A DNA stretch of 64,000 bases from Blastocystis sp. Blastoise (Eukaryota; Protista; Bigyra: Opalinata): positions 434,001-498,000 of the forward strand of contig JBBPEB010000006.1 of the NCBI GenBank assembly GCA_039096225.1, in the 5' to 3' direction. A model generated the notes under the pieces. It was not told the DNA's origin. It saw nothing but the letters and a program-made list of their open reading frames with translations, and searched no databases. Both the position numbers and the translations under genes were made by a program. This document shows, piece by piece, positions 61,001 through 64,000 of the stretch. Each line of letters opens with the position of its first letter. Positions within the stretch are counted from its first letter, which is position 1.

Positions 61001-63350
61001 TAATGCTTATTATATATATAGTCATTATAAATATGCTTATTATATTATTTTCTTATTATATAATTTGCTTATTATATACATATACTTATTATATACATAT
61101 ACTTATTATTGTATATTATACTTATTATATATAAGACTGTATATATACTTATTTTAGAATACACTTATTAAATATATTATATATAATGCTTATTATATAT
61201 ATTATATATATAGTTATACGTATCCTTGATTAACCTTCTCTATTATGCATATATTGTGTAAGATGTATATAGATCAATAAGATAACGTACTTATAGATAT
61301 ATATGACTTGTATAACTCAATAAATAAAAGTATATATATATATAATAATAATAATTATTATTATATATATATATATTGTTTTAAGTCATCGAATATATTT
61401 TTATACGTTATTAACTCTTGTTTCTTATATGACTTCTTTTTATATTATATACAATTACTGATATATATATGATATATATATGATATATATTTCCTTCGTT
61501 CTTTTTCTTTATAAATTATTTTGGTTTCTAGATTTAGTCCAATATATTTATAGATATCTTTTTTACTGTTTTGTATTTCATATCTTTATAAGTAATATAT
61601 GTTTATATATATATTTAATTCTATTCTATATATATAGTAATAAGTCGATAGCCTTTTATATATCTTCCTGGTTTCAATGGCATAAAAGTTTCGTTGAAGT
61701 CTATAATACTTTATATTTTCATTATATTATTCGTTATACTTATTATATATATATATAGGTTTATGTTGCTCTATGAGTAAATAGTATTATATATTATATA
61801 CTTATTCTATTGTTTTATATATAACTTATCCTATTCGTGTATATTCTTTTATACAGGTTTCTGCAAATTAAATTTCTACTAATGTACATGAAATACCCTT
61901 TTTCTTTATATATGTAGAGTTCCACAATATCTGATATATATATATATATATATACTTTCTTTAAACTGTTTTTATTTTTCTATCTACAATTATATTATTA
62001 TTTCATTATATATAATATATATATAGTTTTTTAGTATATAGTCTCTTCTGAATTCTAGTATATCATATGCATCTATCATTCCTTATCTGTATATATATAT
62101 ATAAATTTAATTCTTTAGTATAATCATTTTTTATATCTCATTCCTTCTTATACTATTCTATATCTTTTATAGAGAATTCATATATATATATATCCTTCTA
62201 ATCATGAATACAGTACTTGATCTTTTTTCAACTGTTTGTGATTAATGTCCTTATCATCCCATATTACTCTTTATAAGAAGATTTTTAGTATATATATATA
62301 ATTCTATATATATATTCTATATATACTAGTATATATATAAGTATATAAGTATTTATAATAGTATATATAGAATTATATATATAGAATTATATATAATATA
62401 TATTATATGTGTATGTATATTATCTTCAATATTCTCTATAGTCCATCATTTTTAACTATTTGTAACTTATTATCTTTTTATATTATATACACAGTATATA
62501 TAGTCTTCATTTATTAGAAAACATCTACAATTAAAATATGTATATAGATCTATACATATATAATTTTTATACAATTATATTTTATTTTTTTATTCATTAT
62601 ATCTAATATATATTTATAATAATGTTTATTTATTCTCTTTATTCTTTATTTATATCTTTATACGCTTTTATTATTCTATATAAATTATTTATAATCTTTA
62701 TTGTCTACATCTTTTATACAATTTATACGACTATATATATTTTCCATTTATTTCATTATAAAAGATTTATTTATTTAGTGTTTATTCCACTTGTTCTACA
62801 AATATAAGAAATCATTATGGATATTCATTAACAGTATAGGTATAATAATAATACGAATATTATTATATTTATATACATAAAAATTTATATATTGTTTATA
62901 TGTTTTTCTTTAAGATTTTTCTATTATTGATTATATCCATAATTTCAACACTCCTTGGACTGTTTATGGTCAGTAGCAATTATTATTGAATTGCTATCAG
63001 GTTCAATTCCTGATCTAAGGTCATTTATTGTTATTTTTTTAAATATTTTTAAATATTTTTATTTATATATATTATATTCGTTTACTCTTCCATTATACAG
63101 ATATATAGTACATTGAGATATTTAATCAACTATGTATATGGTCAGTCGCTCTCCTATAATGTTTTTATTTTGCTTTTCCCAACACACAACACATTGCTAA
63201 TTAGATGCATCAATTATTTTCTATATAAACTATATTTCATTGATTCCTCATTATATGCAATTCTAAGCATCAATAAAACATTAAGATTCTGAATAGACTT
63301 CTTAAAGTGAATCAACTGGACATGCATTTAAGAATATTAACTTAAAATGA
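58017..63350 (+). CDS. NPHP4: Cryptic multi-exon gene with in-frame TAA/TAG/TGA; divergent NPHP4 (nephrocystin-4)-like when read TAR=Gln, TGA=Trp (alternative: pseudogene); 3' end uncertain, may extend to 63900 or beyond
   Basis: Exons 58017-58254, 58335-58382, 58427-58527, 58572-58663 and 58718-58895 are bounded by GT..AG and give QRLRVWLGVQNNYG / REQIQVRFVKVIGDCQLVMLKWLDE / [10 protein letters not shown] / KKYWWRIT / CELLDDQLILLESYGWL, colinear with recalled NPHP4 C2-domain motifs. An exon from 63101 gives FYFAFP..LFFYIN, resembling the NPHP4 C-terminus. Confidence 0.5.
60260..60900. repeat. Intronic degenerate ~20-bp minisatellite (TATATATAGTTGTTATTA)n
   Basis: Dozens of imperfect copies over about 640 bp. 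Confidence 0.9.
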
Positions 63351-64000
63351 ACTAATGTAATTAATTCAAATCTAAAACATATATACATCTGATTTGAACC
63401 ATTGTAATTTAGTTTCTATTGCTCTTATAAGGTCTGTAATACTGATCATCACAATCAACTTCAAAATAGGATTCTAATTGTTCACTGTATAACATTCAAA
63501 TAGGTTTTACTACTCATAACTTCAAAAATTAATAGAATTAGCCTCTTCTCTTACGACGAATTTTAAAAACTACTAATTACATGCCTAAAAAGAAATTACT
63601 ACATATTTTTGAGCTTCATTCAGTATTACTGATCAGTTGATCAACAGATAAAGCTTGTAATTTCATAAAATAAGATAATTGACAAAAATATCACCTTCAT
63701 AATATAGAACATCTATCATCTGTGTGAAGATTATTTGAGCTAAGAATACCATTCATAACATAATTTACCATAAAATCAAATATGAACATAACATCAATCC
63801 ATTAAACCACCTAGTTTTGATATAAAAAGTAGCGTAACGATCAATACATAGCTTAGAGAGCAGTAAATAAGTAACAAATAATTAATAATAATTAATAAAG
63901 GTATTTTGAATAGATAAATAACATTTAATCAAAATTTACTAATGTTTTTTTAAGTAAAGTTAGGGAAATGGTATAAAAATATAAATATTTTGTTATTTGC

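Overview
This is extremely AT-rich, intron-dense eukaryotic nuclear DNA. Introns are GT-AG, often built from (AT)n/(AAT)n, and genes are tightly packed, often head-to-head. Gene-family content (BTB-TLDc, BTB-LRR, giant F5/8-PIG-Ig surface protein) is reminiscent of Blastocystis-like gut stramenopiles; this is inference only. About 17 standard-code genes can be reconstructed by manual splicing: GT77-like glycosyltransferase, ubinuclein/HPC2-like protein, Ham1 ITPase, QRT3-like beta-helix enzyme, ADAL deaminase, UMA-domain protein, alpha-kinase, FEX fluoride exporter, two TLDc proteins, giant surface protein, EXD3-like pseudonuclease, GH38 alpha-mannosidase and several hypotheticals. The main discovery candidate is the apparently ORF-less last 6 kb (58.0-63.9 kb). 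It has clean exon/intron architecture, and when its first five exons are spliced and read with TAA/TAG=Gln and TGA=Trp they give colinear motifs resembling the ciliary transition-zone protein NPHP4. All neighbouring genes use TAA/TAG as ordinary stops. This suggests a hidden gene class read with a second genetic code (or restored by editing/readthrough), possibly a cryptic flagellar programme; a decayed pseudogene is the main alternative. All homology calls are by eye from recalled motifs and need database confirmation.
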